Source: a virus (Duplodnaviria > Heunggongvirae > Uroviricota > Caudoviricetes). Taken from it: a stretch of 64,000 bases of DNA. Made by a program: the position numbers and the translations under genes. The notes under the pieces were generated by a model, which ran no database searches, was not told the origin of the DNA, and saw nothing but the letters and a program-made list of their open reading frames with translations. This document shows positions 20,246 to 30,711 of the stretch, one piece after another (position 1 is the first letter of the stretch; every line of letters starts with the position of its first letter). The stretch is from the IMG/VR virus record IMGVR_UViG_3300029705_000029; one strand, written 5' to 3'.

Positions 20246-21128
20246 TTTTAAGTTTAATGATAAGACAGATATTGAGCGCAAGCTTTTAGATAGTTATGCT
20301 AATCACGAGAATCCCGAAGAGACAATCAGAGAATTGGCAAGATATAACCATCATATACTTGGCATGAAAAAAGAAGATAATTATGATGCCATACTAGCTT
20401 ATATGAATAAGAATTGCGAGGACTTCTATGAAGAGAAGTATTTTAAAACAATATATAGAAATATCTCCAGCGCAAAGAAGTATAAGTTTAGAAATGTTGA
20501 TCCAGTTATAATTACCAAGTCTGAAATTGATAAAATCATAAGTTTAAATGATATCAGGAAAGAAAAGCTTGCGTTTGTTTTACTTGCTGCGGCAAAATAT
20601 TATAATAACGTTTCACCCGACAACAATAACCGCATGTATATATCCATGAGTGACCTGTTTAAACTTGCGAGAGTTGCAATTCCTAGTAAGGAAAGGGCAA
20701 GTTATTTGCACTTTGCATATGAAGATGGTGTGCTGATTGAACATAGTTTTGTTGGTACAAATTTAAAAATTGTTGGGTTTGTGGACGATGATAGTGAAAT
20801 TGCAATGACTCTTCAGGAAGATGATTACAAAGAGCTTGCGTATACATATTTAAACTATAAAAATGGCGGATACAAGCGTTGTAAGAAATGCGGAAAGCTA
20901 TTTAAAATGCATAAGAGTGCGCCTGGTAGACTGTATTGCAAAGAGTGTGGACAAAAGGAAGAAACAAGTGAGTTTAAGTTGATTAAATGTATAGATTGTG
21001 GCGTTGATGTTGCGCTTAGCACCAGAGATACAGAAACCTGTAGATGCGAAGAGTGCAGAGAGGTGCATATTAAGCAGCTTCGCAGTGAGCAAAACAGAAG
21101 ATATTATCAAAGCAAAAAGATTCAGTAG
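20238..21128 (+). CDS. RNAP-coupled protein with C-terminal Zn ribbons (possible transcription factor)
   Basis: Overlaps the RNAP stop; CKKC, CKEC, CIDC, CEEC. Confidence 0.6.
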   Translation: MVNFKFNDKTDIERKLLDSYANHENPEETIRELARYNHHILGMKKEDNYDAILAYMNKNCEDFYEEKYFKTIYRNISSAKKYKFRNVDPVIITKSEIDKIISLNDIRKEKLAFVLLAAAKYYNNVSPDNNNRMYISMSDLFKLARVAIPSKERASYLHFAYEDGVLIEHSFVGTNLKIVGFVDDDSEIAMTLQEDDYKELAYTYLNYKNGGYKRCKKCGKLFKMHKSAPGRLYCKECGQKEETSEFKLIKCIDCGVDVALSTRDTETCRCEECREVHIKQLRSEQNRRYYQSKKIQ

Positions 21129-21156
21129 GTCGCTTCAAAACTTACAATACAAAATT

Positions 21157-21197
21157 AATGCCCAAAACACCAATAAATCATTGGTGTTTTTGGCATT
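21157..21197 (+). terminator. long hairpin after the RNAP operon
   Basis: AATGCCCAAAACACCAAT / ATTGGTGTTTTTGGCATT. Confidence 0.45.
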
Positions 21198-21275
21198 TCT
21201 AAAAAATGACTTTCAATTTTTATAAAATGAATAGTAAATAGTTTGACAAATTAGCAATACAGGAGGTACAAAATT

Positions 21276-21461
21276 ATGGCAAAGGCAGCAATTACTAAGA
21301 AATTTTCACTGAGTGCCCAGGGCATTCTTTCTATTGAGGAAGATGGTGCATTTATTGAAAACGCAGATACTGGTGAGCTTATTGACCTAAAGGATCTTCT
21401 TGCGGACTTCGCAGACAAGGCTGTAAAGCTTAGTGTAAATTACGACGAAGATTACGAATAA
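21276..21461 (+). CDS. YonK family protein
   Basis: 61-aa acidic protein, GIL...DLKDLLADF pattern; first gene of the late cluster. Confidence 0.6.
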   Translation: MAKAAITKKFSLSAQGILSIEEDGAFIENADTGELIDLKDLLADFADKAVKLSVNYDEDYE

Positions 21462-21491
21462 TTTATTGTCTTGGAAGGAGCAAAAAAAGAT

Positions 21492-21797
21492 ATGGAAAGG
21501 GTAATGAAAAAACCAGAGCTTGCGCGTGAATTGGCGCAACGCACAGGGTTTTATATAAAAAATATGGAAGCCGTCTTAGACGCGCTTGATGATATTATCG
21601 TTGACAACATGAGTATGGCCACAAAAGACGAGCCGTCAGAAATCCGTCTTTCTCTTGGGTTTATACTTGGCGGAAGATATTCTCCTAAGCATGAGGTTAG
21701 GGATCCACGCACAGGTGAAAGTGTAATGACTCCTGCAAAATATATTCCTTATGCTAAGTTTAGTCCAGCATTTAGAAAGAAAATTAACAAGAAGTGA
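21492..21797 (+). CDS. HU/IHF-like histone-like DNA-binding protein
   Basis: MKKPELARELAQRTG...VRDPRTGE...PYAKFSPAFR. Confidence 0.85.
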   Translation: MERVMKKPELARELAQRTGFYIKNMEAVLDALDDIIVDNMSMATKDEPSEIRLSLGFILGGRYSPKHEVRDPRTGESVMTPAKYIPYAKFSPAFRKKINKK

Positions 21798-23005
21798 TGG
21801 TGACGGCAATGAATGATAATTTGAAAAGACTGCCTCAGGAGACAGATGATCAGTATTTTTATCGTGTGTGTCAAATGAAGGACAGTCTTGGTTTTACATG
21901 GCCACAAATGGCAGAGATTTTTAATAATGAATTTGGTCGTAACATTGGTGATTCGGCGTATCGCAAAAAGTGGGCCGCATTTAGAGGTGTATTTAATGCT
22001 AATACTGACAAGCTTGTCGGCGAGAATACATATTTAAATGAGCTGAAAGAGCAGACCGACGAGCTGTACAAAGCAAAAAGGCAGCTCTACGATCAGAGAC
22101 GTGAGTATAATAAGATGCTTGTTAGTGACGCGAGAGCCGATCATTTGGTTGAAATGCTAATTGAAGCGGCAAACATCGCGCCGCTAGAAAATTACTCAAA
22201 CATTTTTGTGTGTGACTCAAATTCATCCACAAAAGAAGCGGTTTTGCTACTTTCAGACTGGCATTACGGACAGATTTCAGATAATATTTGGAATAAGTAT
22301 AATACTGAAATTTGTGAAGATCGCGCTGGCAGATTATTTAAAAAAGTTTATAGCGCATTAAAAGATCATTGTGTTAGAAAAGTGCATATTGTACTGTTGG
22401 GAGATTTGATTAATGGCGCAATTCATAATACTTGCCGTGTTGCCTCTGAGGAAAATACTTGTGAGCAACTAATGCATGTTTCAGAGCTGATTGCGAATTT
22501 TATTAATGCTGTATCTAGATGCACATCAGAAGTATATGTGTATTCTACTTATGGCAATCACGCACGTACTATTCAAAATAAAGAAGATAGTATTCATGCG
22601 GACAACATGGAACGAGTTATTCCATGGTGGCTGAAGCAGAGACTTAAGGACAATAATAAGGTTACTGTAGTTGACAGTGAATATCATGAATTTATTTATG
22701 TTGATGTGTGTGGGCATCATGTTGTTTGTACACATGGTGACTTAGATAAGTTTAAAGACATTGGTATTACCATTAACAGCCTGTTTTCCAAGAAGTATGG
22801 AAAGACTATTGAGTACACATTCTCTGGAGACAAGCATCATTTAGAGTCTTTTGAGCAGTTTGGTATTGAATCTGCGCTTGTCGGTTCTTTGTGTGGCACT
22901 GATGAATATGCCAATAATAAGCGATTGTATTCTAATCCTATGCAGACACTGTGCATTTTTACTCCAGAAGATGGTAAATTATGCTCTTATAATATAAAAT
23001 TATAA
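21794..23005 (+). CDS. calcineurin-like metallophosphoesterase (YonJ-like)
   Basis: SDWHYG, GDLING, GNH, HGD and GDKHH motifs. Confidence 0.85.
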   Translation: MMVTAMNDNLKRLPQETDDQYFYRVCQMKDSLGFTWPQMAEIFNNEFGRNIGDSAYRKKWAAFRGVFNANTDKLVGENTYLNELKEQTDELYKAKRQLYDQRREYNKMLVSDARADHLVEMLIEAANIAPLENYSNIFVCDSNSSTKEAVLLLSDWHYGQISDNIWNKYNTEICEDRAGRLFKKVYSALKDHCVRKVHIVLLGDLINGAIHNTCRVASEENTCEQLMHVSELIANFINAVSRCTSEVYVYSTYGNHARTIQNKEDSIHADNMERVIPWWLKQRLKDNNKVTVVDSEYHEFIYVDVCGHHVVCTHGDLDKFKDIGITINSLFSKKYGKTIEYTFSGDKHHLESFEQFGIESALVGSLCGTDEYANNKRLYSNPMQTLCIFTPEDGKLCSYNIKL

Positions 23006-23058
23006 CAACACAAAATTAATATTTGGGCTGGTGTATTGTACACCCTGGTCCACCTAGC

Positions 23059-23083
23059 GACGGGGAATTTCCCCGTCATTTTT
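23059..23083 (+). terminator. intrinsic terminator
   Basis: GACGGGGA-loop-TCCCCGTC then ATTTTT. Confidence 0.7.
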
Positions 23084-23115
23084 AATATACAAAGAATAAA
23101 GGAGAACAAATAATT

Positions 23116-23334
23116 ATGGAAAAGATGACTAAGAAAGAAGCGAGACTAGTATTCAATATGGGTGTTGGCAGAGCCCTACTTAAGGCAGGCTGCACTGTTA
23201 TCGACGTAAAGCCCGATAGAACTAACCCCGATAAGACTGTTCTAGTTTTCAAGAATGATGAAGTTTTTGAGCGCGAGTTTGCGAGAATTAATAAGGAAAT
23301 CGCAGAGGTCAAGGCTAAGGAAGAGCAGGAATAA
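23116..23334 (+). CDS. DUF5659-like small protein
   Basis: ALLKAGCTVIDVKPDRTNPDKTVLVF. Confidence 0.55.
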   Translation: MEKMTKKEARLVFNMGVGRALLKAGCTVIDVKPDRTNPDKTVLVFKNDEVFEREFARINKEIAEVKAKEEQE

Positions 23335-23375
23335 CCACCTCTTTTTAAATAATTCAAAAGAAGGGAGGTAGAGTT

Positions 23376-24629
23376 ATGGCTGCTAGAAACGCGGGAAGAA
23401 GACCAGCTGCCAAGAAAACAGTGGCAGATGATAAAAAATATTTGTGCCCATATTGCATGAAGGAAAAGAAAAAGAGCGAATTCTATGTTTCAACAGACCC
23501 AAGGGTGCTAACTGGCATTACATCAATGTGCAAAGATTGTGTTAAAAAAATTGCGCTTGACTGGGACGATAATAGGCAGGAGTTTGGATTGTGCACTAAA
23601 AAATCTGTAATGGACGCACTCGAATATATTGATCGCCCTTTTTTAAGTAACTTATGGGATTCTAGTTACGCAGAGTGGGCAAACACTGAAGCGAAAGTGC
23701 GCAGAACAACCATTTGGGATGCGTATATAAAAAATGTAAGTATGATTAATTATCGCGGTATGCGTTGGCGTGACGGCGATATTTTTAATACATATGTTGA
23801 AGATGCCAAGCAAGTCGCAGCATTGGAAATGGGCAATACTGAAGCAGCGCAGACGTTAATTAGTAGTCAAGAAGTTGATGGCGAATTTGACAAAAATAGA
23901 AAAGACGTTATTAGGTTACTTGGCTATGACCCATTTGAAGGAGAAAAGCTTGAAGATCAGCCATTGCTCTACTCTCAGCTAATTGGATATCTTGACGCAG
24001 GCGGAGATGGTAATGATGATATAATGCGTACATCGTCCGCTATTACTATTGTTCGTGGATTTTTGCAGCAAGCAAAACTAGATGACAAGCTTGCAAAAGT
24101 TATGGCAAATTCAAACTCAAATGCTTCTGAAATGAAAACTTTGCTAGATGCCAAGAAGAATATTAGTGCTACTATTTCTCAGTTGGCAGAACAAAGTTGT
24201 TTAAGTTTGAAGCATAACAAAAACGCAAGCAAAGGCGAAAATACATGGACTGGTAAAATTAAAAAGCTCAAGGATCTTAACTTGCGTGAAGCCGAAGTAA
24301 ATGGCTTTGATATAGGTACATGTCGTGGCATGCAACAAGTTCTTGAAATGAGTGATGCATCTATCATGAGACAATTAGCACTAGATGAGTCTGAATGGTC
24401 TGACATGGTTGCAGAGCAACGCAAGAAGCTTGTTGATGTACAGAACGAAAGAGACGTGTATAAAGAAATTAATAGAATTCTTCTTAGAGAAAATCTTGAT
24501 TTAAGAGACACACTTGAAGATCAGGGCTTGCTTGATGTTAAAAACTTACAAGACCTAAAAGAACTCTTCTCTGCATTTGGAGAAATAGAAGAACCTCAGG
24601 CAGAAGAGGAGGATGACGATAATGAGTGA
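23376..24629 (+). CDS. putative terminase small subunit (Zn-finger N-terminus)
   Basis: Directly upstream of and overlapping terL; CPYC...CKDC. Confidence 0.55.
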   Translation: MAARNAGRRPAAKKTVADDKKYLCPYCMKEKKKSEFYVSTDPRVLTGITSMCKDCVKKIALDWDDNRQEFGLCTKKSVMDALEYIDRPFLSNLWDSSYAEWANTEAKVRRTTIWDAYIKNVSMINYRGMRWRDGDIFNTYVEDAKQVAALEMGNTEAAQTLISSQEVDGEFDKNRKDVIRLLGYDPFEGEKLEDQPLLYSQLIGYLDAGGDGNDDIMRTSSAITIVRGFLQQAKLDDKLAKVMANSNSNASEMKTLLDAKKNISATISQLAEQSCLSLKHNKNASKGENTWTGKIKKLKDLNLREAEVNGFDIGTCRGMQQVLEMSDASIMRQLALDESEWSDMVAEQRKKLVDVQNERDVYKEINRILLRENLDLRDTLEDQGLLDVKNLQDLKELFSAFGEIEEPQAEEEDDDNE

Positions 24630-26688
24630 TTTGTCAAGTATCAGGTTTAAAATAGTTAATGAAATACAAGATGAATGGCTTGAAACTTTGTTCGATGATG
24701 ATTCTGTAATTTATGTTAAGCCTGGTGTTTACGCAATGTCAACACGAAAACTTGAGGCGTTGTTCCACATTGCTAAATTACAGAAGTATTATCAGTGCAA
24801 TCCAGTTAGATTTATTAATGATTTTTTCAATATAGAATTGCTAGATGCACAGGCGTATATTGTGCAACGAACTTGGAATTGTCCAAATGTGCTTGTGCTT
24901 GCAAGTCGTGGTTTTGGTAAATCTACAATTATTGATTTGATTTTAATGTCAAAAGATATGTTGTTTTGCAATGTGTGGAGCTATATTGCATCTGGTTCAG
25001 GATCTCAGGCAGAAGAAACATTTACAAAGCTTGAGCAAATTGCAAATGATAATATTGATGAGATGAAGGGTTCTACTGGATACATATTTAAGCACGAAGT
25101 TGAAATTAATAATGCTGCCGGAGATGGCTTTAGTCATGGCAGCAATGGATTTAAGTATAGCCTTTATAATGGATCTTTCACTCAGACGCTAAACTCAAAT
25201 ATAGATAAAAAGCGCGGTAAGAGAGGCTCGGTTATTTTTGATGAGTGCGGTTTCTTATCTGATGAAATGCTAAAGGTATATGGCGCTTTTGCTGCGGTCA
25301 ATAAAAACTTTGCGTCGGGCAAAGATAGAGACGGACATTCTCTTGACCCAATTCGTTTGCGTACTTTTGCAATAAATCTTCCAAACCAAAAGTTTTATAT
25401 TAGTTCTGCATCTAGCACAGATACAGAATTCTATAGACTTTATAGAGAGTTTTCTAAAAAACAGATTATGGGAGATAGAGATTATTGTGTTATTCAGGTT
25501 GATTGTGAGGTTGTTTTGAAACCAACAATACGTGGAGAAGTGGTTAATGCGCTGCTTACGCGCAGCACTATTGAAACCGAAATGCGTACAAATCCTGAAA
25601 AGGCACGTAGAGAATATTATTGTGAGTTTACTTCTGATGCTGGTATGAATGCAATTATTAGGCGTGGTGTTATTACTAGAAATAGTGAGACTCGCGCACC
25701 ACTTTTGTATAATGATACTGGCAAAAAGAAGTTTGTTATAGCGTATGACCCAGCAAGAAGCCGAGACAACTCTGTTATTCTTGTTATGGAGATTTACCAA
25801 ACAGATGATGGAGAGTATAAGGGTCGTATTGTAAATTGTGTTAATTTGCTAGATGTTGGTAAAAAGATAAAGAGCCCAATGAGAACTCCAGATCAGATTG
25901 AATATTTAAAACAGCTTATATTAGATTATAATGGTGACGCACCAGATTATGAAAATATTGAGTGTGTTTTAATTGATGCTGGTTCTGGTGGTGGCGGCGT
26001 TAATATTGCTGACTTCCTAATGGAAGATTGGTATGACAAAAGAGGTAAAATGCATCGCGGCTTAATTGATAGAGAATATAGCGAAGAATATTCAAATAGA
26101 TATCCCAATGCGGTTAATAAATTGAGATTGGTGTCACCAACTCAATACAAGTCTATAATTTATGAAGCATTGATTGAAATGCTTGATATAGACACTATTA
26201 GTTTCACGGCAGATTATGATAACAAGGGATATCTCACTGTGTTTGAAGCTGATGAAAAAAAGCTTGAAAAAGAAAAGAAACGTATTGGAGAAGAATGGAA
26301 GGCAAAGGGCTTAACTGGTGAAGATTTAACAAAGAAGATCGAAGATGAACTATCTCGTGCTTCTTGTGTTAGCACAAAGGTTGTTAAGCTTGACCAGTTC
26401 CAAGAAATTGCGCTTGCAAATATTGATGCCATGAAGGAAGAAATGGTCAATATGGTTCGTAAAAAGAGAGATTCTGGTAAAGACTCTTTTGAGCTGATTC
26501 CTGAAAAGGCAAACAAGTTGCATGACGATAGAAGCTATTGTATGGCTTTGTGCGCGTGGTTCTTGTCTGAAAAACGTTTGGAAGGCATTCGCGTTCGTAG
26601 AAAGCCAGATGCAAAAGATATATTAACAAAATTACAAGTTAATCGTGGAAAACCACTTAATAAGCTATTTGGAGTAGAAAGGCGGTGA
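24622..26688 (+). CDS. terL: terminase large subunit
   Basis: Walker A ASRGFGKST, Walker B VIFDECG, nuclease IAYDPARSRDNS and HDDRSY. Confidence 0.9.
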   Translation: MSDLSSIRFKIVNEIQDEWLETLFDDDSVIYVKPGVYAMSTRKLEALFHIAKLQKYYQCNPVRFINDFFNIELLDAQAYIVQRTWNCPNVLVLASRGFGKSTIIDLILMSKDMLFCNVWSYIASGSGSQAEETFTKLEQIANDNIDEMKGSTGYIFKHEVEINNAAGDGFSHGSNGFKYSLYNGSFTQTLNSNIDKKRGKRGSVIFDECGFLSDEMLKVYGAFAAVNKNFASGKDRDGHSLDPIRLRTFAINLPNQKFYISSASSTDTEFYRLYREFSKKQIMGDRDYCVIQVDCEVVLKPTIRGEVVNALLTRSTIETEMRTNPEKARREYYCEFTSDAGMNAIIRRGVITRNSETRAPLLYNDTGKKKFVIAYDPARSRDNSVILVMEIYQTDDGEYKGRIVNCVNLLDVGKKIKSPMRTPDQIEYLKQLILDYNGDAPDYENIECVLIDAGSGGGGVNIADFLMEDWYDKRGKMHRGLIDREYSEEYSNRYPNAVNKLRLVSPTQYKSIIYEALIEMLDIDTISFTADYDNKGYLTVFEADEKKLEKEKKRIGEEWKAKGLTGEDLTKKIEDELSRASCVSTKVVKLDQFQEIALANIDAMKEEMVNMVRKKRDSGKDSFELIPEKANKLHDDRSYCMALCAWFLSEKRLEGIRVRRKPDAKDILTKLQVNRGKPLNKLFGVERR

Positions 26689-28226
26689 GTTTTGTGGCAA
26701 CAGAATTAACTAACAGGGAAAGAATTGAAATGTTAAGTCGTGAGGAACGTAATCGTGCCGCATTTGCCGCCGTTAAAGATACTATAGCACTTATTGACTT
26801 AACTCAAAATAAGAGTATTTCTTATACTACTTATTCCAGAGAGAGTTTGCGAAATTATTTGAGGAACCCCGCATCAGAAACCAACCAGAAAAACCTCAGA
26901 AAGTTAAGTAATTATTTATATACGGTCTCTCATGTGTACAGGAGATTGGTTAATTTTAAAGCATATCAGATGCAACTTAAATCTTGGACGGTATATCCAG
27001 ATATTCCTTTAACAGAAGAACCTGATACGGATAGTATACTGCAAAACTACGACAATGTAACGAAGTATGTTCGTAATATGGACATGAAGAGTCAAATTCT
27101 AAAATGTATGTTGCAGGCGTGGAAAAATGATGTTGTATTTGGTTTTTGCTATGGTGATCCAGAGAATGATGGATCATTTTTTATACACCTTTTAGATCCA
27201 GATTATTGTAAGATTTCTAGCCAACAACATTATAGAGGCGTGTTAAATTTTGCATTTGATTTTACATTCTTTGATTCAAGCACAAATTCATATTATTTGG
27301 ATGTGTATGATCCCATTTTTAAAAAAATGTATAACAAGTACTCATCTGATAGCACATTAAGGTGGCAGGAACTTCCTATTGAAAATACATTTTGTTTAAA
27401 GATTAATACTGATAATATGGATTATCCTATCCCTCCACTTTCTGGTTTGTTTGATAGTGTTATCAATCTTGCAGACTTGCAAGCCGTTCAGGATTTAAAG
27501 GACGAGCTTGAGGCATACAAATTGATTTGGGCAAAAATTGGCACAATATCTGGAACCAAGGACGTTGATGATTTTGAAATTGATCTTGATTTGGCCAGTG
27601 CTTTTTATCAGAAATTGCAAAATGTATTGCCAGAAAATGTTGCGCTTGCAATGTCTCCTATGGATTTAGATACTATTGACTTTCAGAGTAATAATGCAAA
27701 TGATGTTAATATTATTTCAGAAGCCTATGAAAACATTATTAATGCTAATGGTGGTATTGTATTAAATCAGAATAAGATCACTAATAGTGCGAGCTTTAAG
27801 CTGGCATTACAGTTTGACTCAATGGACGCAATGGCACCGGTAGAACAAATTAATGCATGGGTCAATCTATGGATTATTAATCATCTTGGTGAGACTGGAA
27901 TGGTTGTTGAATATAGTGATGTGAGTCCATATTTTGTTGATGATAAAATTGACAAACTGTTAAAACTTGCACAATATGGCGTTCCAGTAAAACTTGAATT
28001 AGCATCTTTGACTAATGCAAATCCTGTTAAGGAGCGTGGCATGTCGTTTATGGAAACTGCGCTTGGTTTGGGAACAACATCATGGATGAATCCTTTGGTG
28101 TCTAGTAATGTGCAAAGTGGAACTCTGTCAGAAAATGGAGATGGCTCTGAAGGTAGAGCAAAATCAGAGGAGCCACTTACAGATGAGGGTGAAGCCACAA
28201 GAGATGGCAATAAAAATGACAAATAA
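26685..28226 (+). CDS. portal protein
   Basis: 513 aa directly after terL; acidic tail with GRAKSEE. Confidence 0.75.
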   Translation: MSFVATELTNRERIEMLSREERNRAAFAAVKDTIALIDLTQNKSISYTTYSRESLRNYLRNPASETNQKNLRKLSNYLYTVSHVYRRLVNFKAYQMQLKSWTVYPDIPLTEEPDTDSILQNYDNVTKYVRNMDMKSQILKCMLQAWKNDVVFGFCYGDPENDGSFFIHLLDPDYCKISSQQHYRGVLNFAFDFTFFDSSTNSYYLDVYDPIFKKMYNKYSSDSTLRWQELPIENTFCLKINTDNMDYPIPPLSGLFDSVINLADLQAVQDLKDELEAYKLIWAKIGTISGTKDVDDFEIDLDLASAFYQKLQNVLPENVALAMSPMDLDTIDFQSNNANDVNIISEAYENIINANGGIVLNQNKITNSASFKLALQFDSMDAMAPVEQINAWVNLWIINHLGETGMVVEYSDVSPYFVDDKIDKLLKLAQYGVPVKLELASLTNANPVKERGMSFMETALGLGTTSWMNPLVSSNVQSGTLSENGDGSEGRAKSEEPLTDEGEATRDGNKNDK

Positions 28227-28232
28227 GGAGGA

Positions 28233-28424
28233 ATGTATATGAAGGATACAAAATTTATCGTTGTTCAGGATGAGAGCATTGCAAATAAGCTTATATCAAG
28301 CGGATTTACAGTGGTTTCTAAAACTAATGATATGTATACATTTATGAATGCAATTCCTCAGCATTTTAATTTTGAAGAAATTGATATTAAAAAGCTAGTC
28401 TATACAAATAGGCTTGTTTTCTAA
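28233..28424 (+). CDS. small hypothetical protein
   Basis: KFIVVQDESIANKLISSGF, between portal and scaffold. Confidence 0.6.
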   Translation: MYMKDTKFIVVQDESIANKLISSGFTVVSKTNDMYTFMNAIPQHFNFEEIDIKKLVYTNRLVF

Positions 28425-28468
28425 TATATAGACTTATGTCTGAAATCCTATGAGAAAGGAGGACAAAC

Positions 28469-30070
28469 ATGGCTAAGAAAATTATGACACTTGATGATTT
28501 ATATATGTTTTTTGTGCAACAAAATAAATCTTTTAGTTTTAGCGCAAAAGAGTCTGGCGAGCCAATTATTGTTACTACAAATGGTCTTTTTGCCGCTGAA
28601 GAAGATAATGATATGCCAGGAATGTTAAAGTTAAAACTTAAAGTTTGTCATACTGAAACCAATAGAAATGGTAGTCACATTTCAAAAGAAAATATGGAAA
28701 AGGCAATGCCTACCCTAAAATATAGACCTATTTTAGCGTATATCCATGAGTTGCCAGATGGCACCAAGGACTTTTATGCTCACAATGTTGAGTTTGTTGA
28801 AGATGAAGACGGAGATGCACAAGTTGTTTATTTAGAAAAACAAGTTGGATGTTTTACTGTTGACAATCCGTGGCTTGAATATGATGAAGATATGGATAAG
28901 ACATATGTTATGGCATATGCGGTTATTCCTGAAGAATATACAGAAACTGCAGACATTATTCGTAGAAAGAATGGAAGCAAGGTGTCGTGCGAGTTAGTTA
29001 TTAACGAGCTTTCATACAACGCAAAGGAAAAATATCTAGATCTTACTGACTTCTATTTTGGAGCAACAACATTATTGGGATGTGACGAAAATGGTAATGA
29101 AATTGGAGAAGGCATGCTTGGAGCAAGGGCTGACATTACTGATTTCTGCCACAAAGAGCCAGTGTTTACACATCAAGAAAAGTTGATTGAAACTCTTGAG
29201 AAGTTAAATGCAACTTTATCAAGTTTCAATAAATCAAATTCAGAGGAAGGAGGAGACGAAGAGATGGATGGTATTGAAAATATCGTTGTAGAGGAAACGT
29301 TTGAAGATACAACTGAAGAAGTTGTTGTAGAAGAAGTTGAAACTACAGAAGAAACTCATTCTGAAGAAGAAACCACTGTTGAAGAAACTTCTGATTCTGA
29401 AGATGGTGATGAAGTACAGGATGAATTTGAAGAGACTGTCGTTGAAGAAAAGTTTACTAAGAATTTTGCTATTGAGCTATCTCATGATGATATTCGTTAC
29501 GCACTGTATAATTTAATTGGTCAGTATGATGAAGAAGATAATGACTGGTATTATATTAGAGATGTATATGATAATTACTTCTATATGCAAAGCTGGTGCA
29601 CTAATAAGCTTTACAAACTTGGTTATTCTATTGATGGTGAAAATGTTTCACTTGAAGGCGACAGGCAAGAAATGTTTGAGCTAATTGTTTCTGAATCTGA
29701 AAAGATGGCCATTGAAAAGATGCGCGAAGACTATGCTGCGCTCGAATCTCAATATAATGAGCTTAAGGCATTTAAGGATAATTATGACGCATCTGTGCTC
29801 AAAGCAGAGAAAACAGCTGTTCTTAATAGCGCAGAGTATGCAGAAATTGCAGATTCTGATGAATTTAAGGCGCTTGTTTCTGAAATGGACAATTATTCCG
29901 TTGAAGAAATTAAGGTGAAAGCGGATCTGCTATTTGCTGCTTCTATGAAGAAGAAGTTTAGTTTTGACTTTGAGGTTAATAAACCAGAAAAGAAGAGCTC
30001 TGTTGGTATTAATTTTAGCGCTAAGCCTGATCCAAAGAAAGAGGCATATGCGGGACTTTTTAATGAATAA
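28469..30070 (+). CDS. prohead protease/scaffold protein (YonD-like)
   Basis: CHTETNRNGS...VSCEL protease-like N-terminus, Glu-rich linker, coiled-coil C-terminus; between portal and capsid. Confidence 0.7.
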   Translation: MAKKIMTLDDLYMFFVQQNKSFSFSAKESGEPIIVTTNGLFAAEEDNDMPGMLKLKLKVCHTETNRNGSHISKENMEKAMPTLKYRPILAYIHELPDGTKDFYAHNVEFVEDEDGDAQVVYLEKQVGCFTVDNPWLEYDEDMDKTYVMAYAVIPEEYTETADIIRRKNGSKVSCELVINELSYNAKEKYLDLTDFYFGATTLLGCDENGNEIGEGMLGARADITDFCHKEPVFTHQEKLIETLEKLNATLSSFNKSNSEEGGDEEMDGIENIVVEETFEDTTEEVVVEEVETTEETHSEEETTVEETSDSEDGDEVQDEFEETVVEEKFTKNFAIELSHDDIRYALYNLIGQYDEEDNDWYYIRDVYDNYFYMQSWCTNKLYKLGYSIDGENVSLEGDRQEMFELIVSESEKMAIEKMREDYAALESQYNELKAFKDNYDASVLKAEKTAVLNSAEYAEIADSDEFKALVSEMDNYSVEEIKVKADLLFAASMKKKFSFDFEVNKPEKKSSVGINFSAKPDPKKEAYAGLFNE

Positions 30071-30104
30071 TTTTTAACAATACAAAAATAATATTTTATT
30101 ACTT

Positions 30105-30130
30105 AAGTGCCTATAAATGGCACTTTTGTT
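30105..30130 (+). terminator. intrinsic terminator
   Basis: AAGTGCC-loop-GGCACTT TTGTT. Confidence 0.55.
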
Positions 30131-30170
30131 ATATTAAAACAAATTTACAATGATGAAAGGATGAAAAATT

Positions 30171-30686
30171 ATGGCACAGGATATTATTAATGCTAATCAC
30201 ATTGTTTGTGAGTCTACTAATATTTTGTCTACCAACTTTGGTGGCGGTCACATTTATTCTATCGCTATTTCCGAAGATATGGACAATGGTCTTCTAGTTG
30301 CTAGAGCTGACTATGTTGCTGAAGAGTATGAAGACGAGGTTTGGAACATGAAGGAGTACGCCGCTGGCGACGAGCCCCTACTTCTACTAAATCCCCCACT
30401 ACTACCCATGACCGAGCTAAGAGGCTATTCTGATGAGGAAAGATTCTATAACGCTGAGGGCGATAGAGTTCGTGCTTATACTCTAAGACTGGGTGATCGT
30501 ATCACCATGTCTGAAAATGCTTTTGATAGGGCTCCTGCCGCAAAGCAGTATGTTACTTTTGATGCCGCTGCTAAGCAGTATGTTGTTGGCGATTCCAAGA
30601 CCGAAGGTGAGTTCTGCGCTCAGATTCTAACTGTTATTCCTCGTACTAACAGAATGATGTATAAGATGCAGGTCGTAAGCCTATAA
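30171..30686 (+). CDS. capsid decoration/stabilising protein
   Basis: Directly before MCP; strongly biased codons. Confidence 0.6.
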   Translation: MAQDIINANHIVCESTNILSTNFGGGHIYSIAISEDMDNGLLVARADYVAEEYEDEVWNMKEYAAGDEPLLLLNPPLLPMTELRGYSDEERFYNAEGDRVRAYTLRLGDRITMSENAFDRAPAAKQYVTFDAAAKQYVVGDSKTEGEFCAQILTVIPRTNRMMYKMQVVSL

Positions 30687-30711
30687 GTTTGAGAAAGGAG
30701 GATGAACAGTT

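Noticed and set aside
24622..26688. Intein or intron in terL
   Set aside because: Continuous ORF with no intein splice-junction or LAGLIDADG motifs
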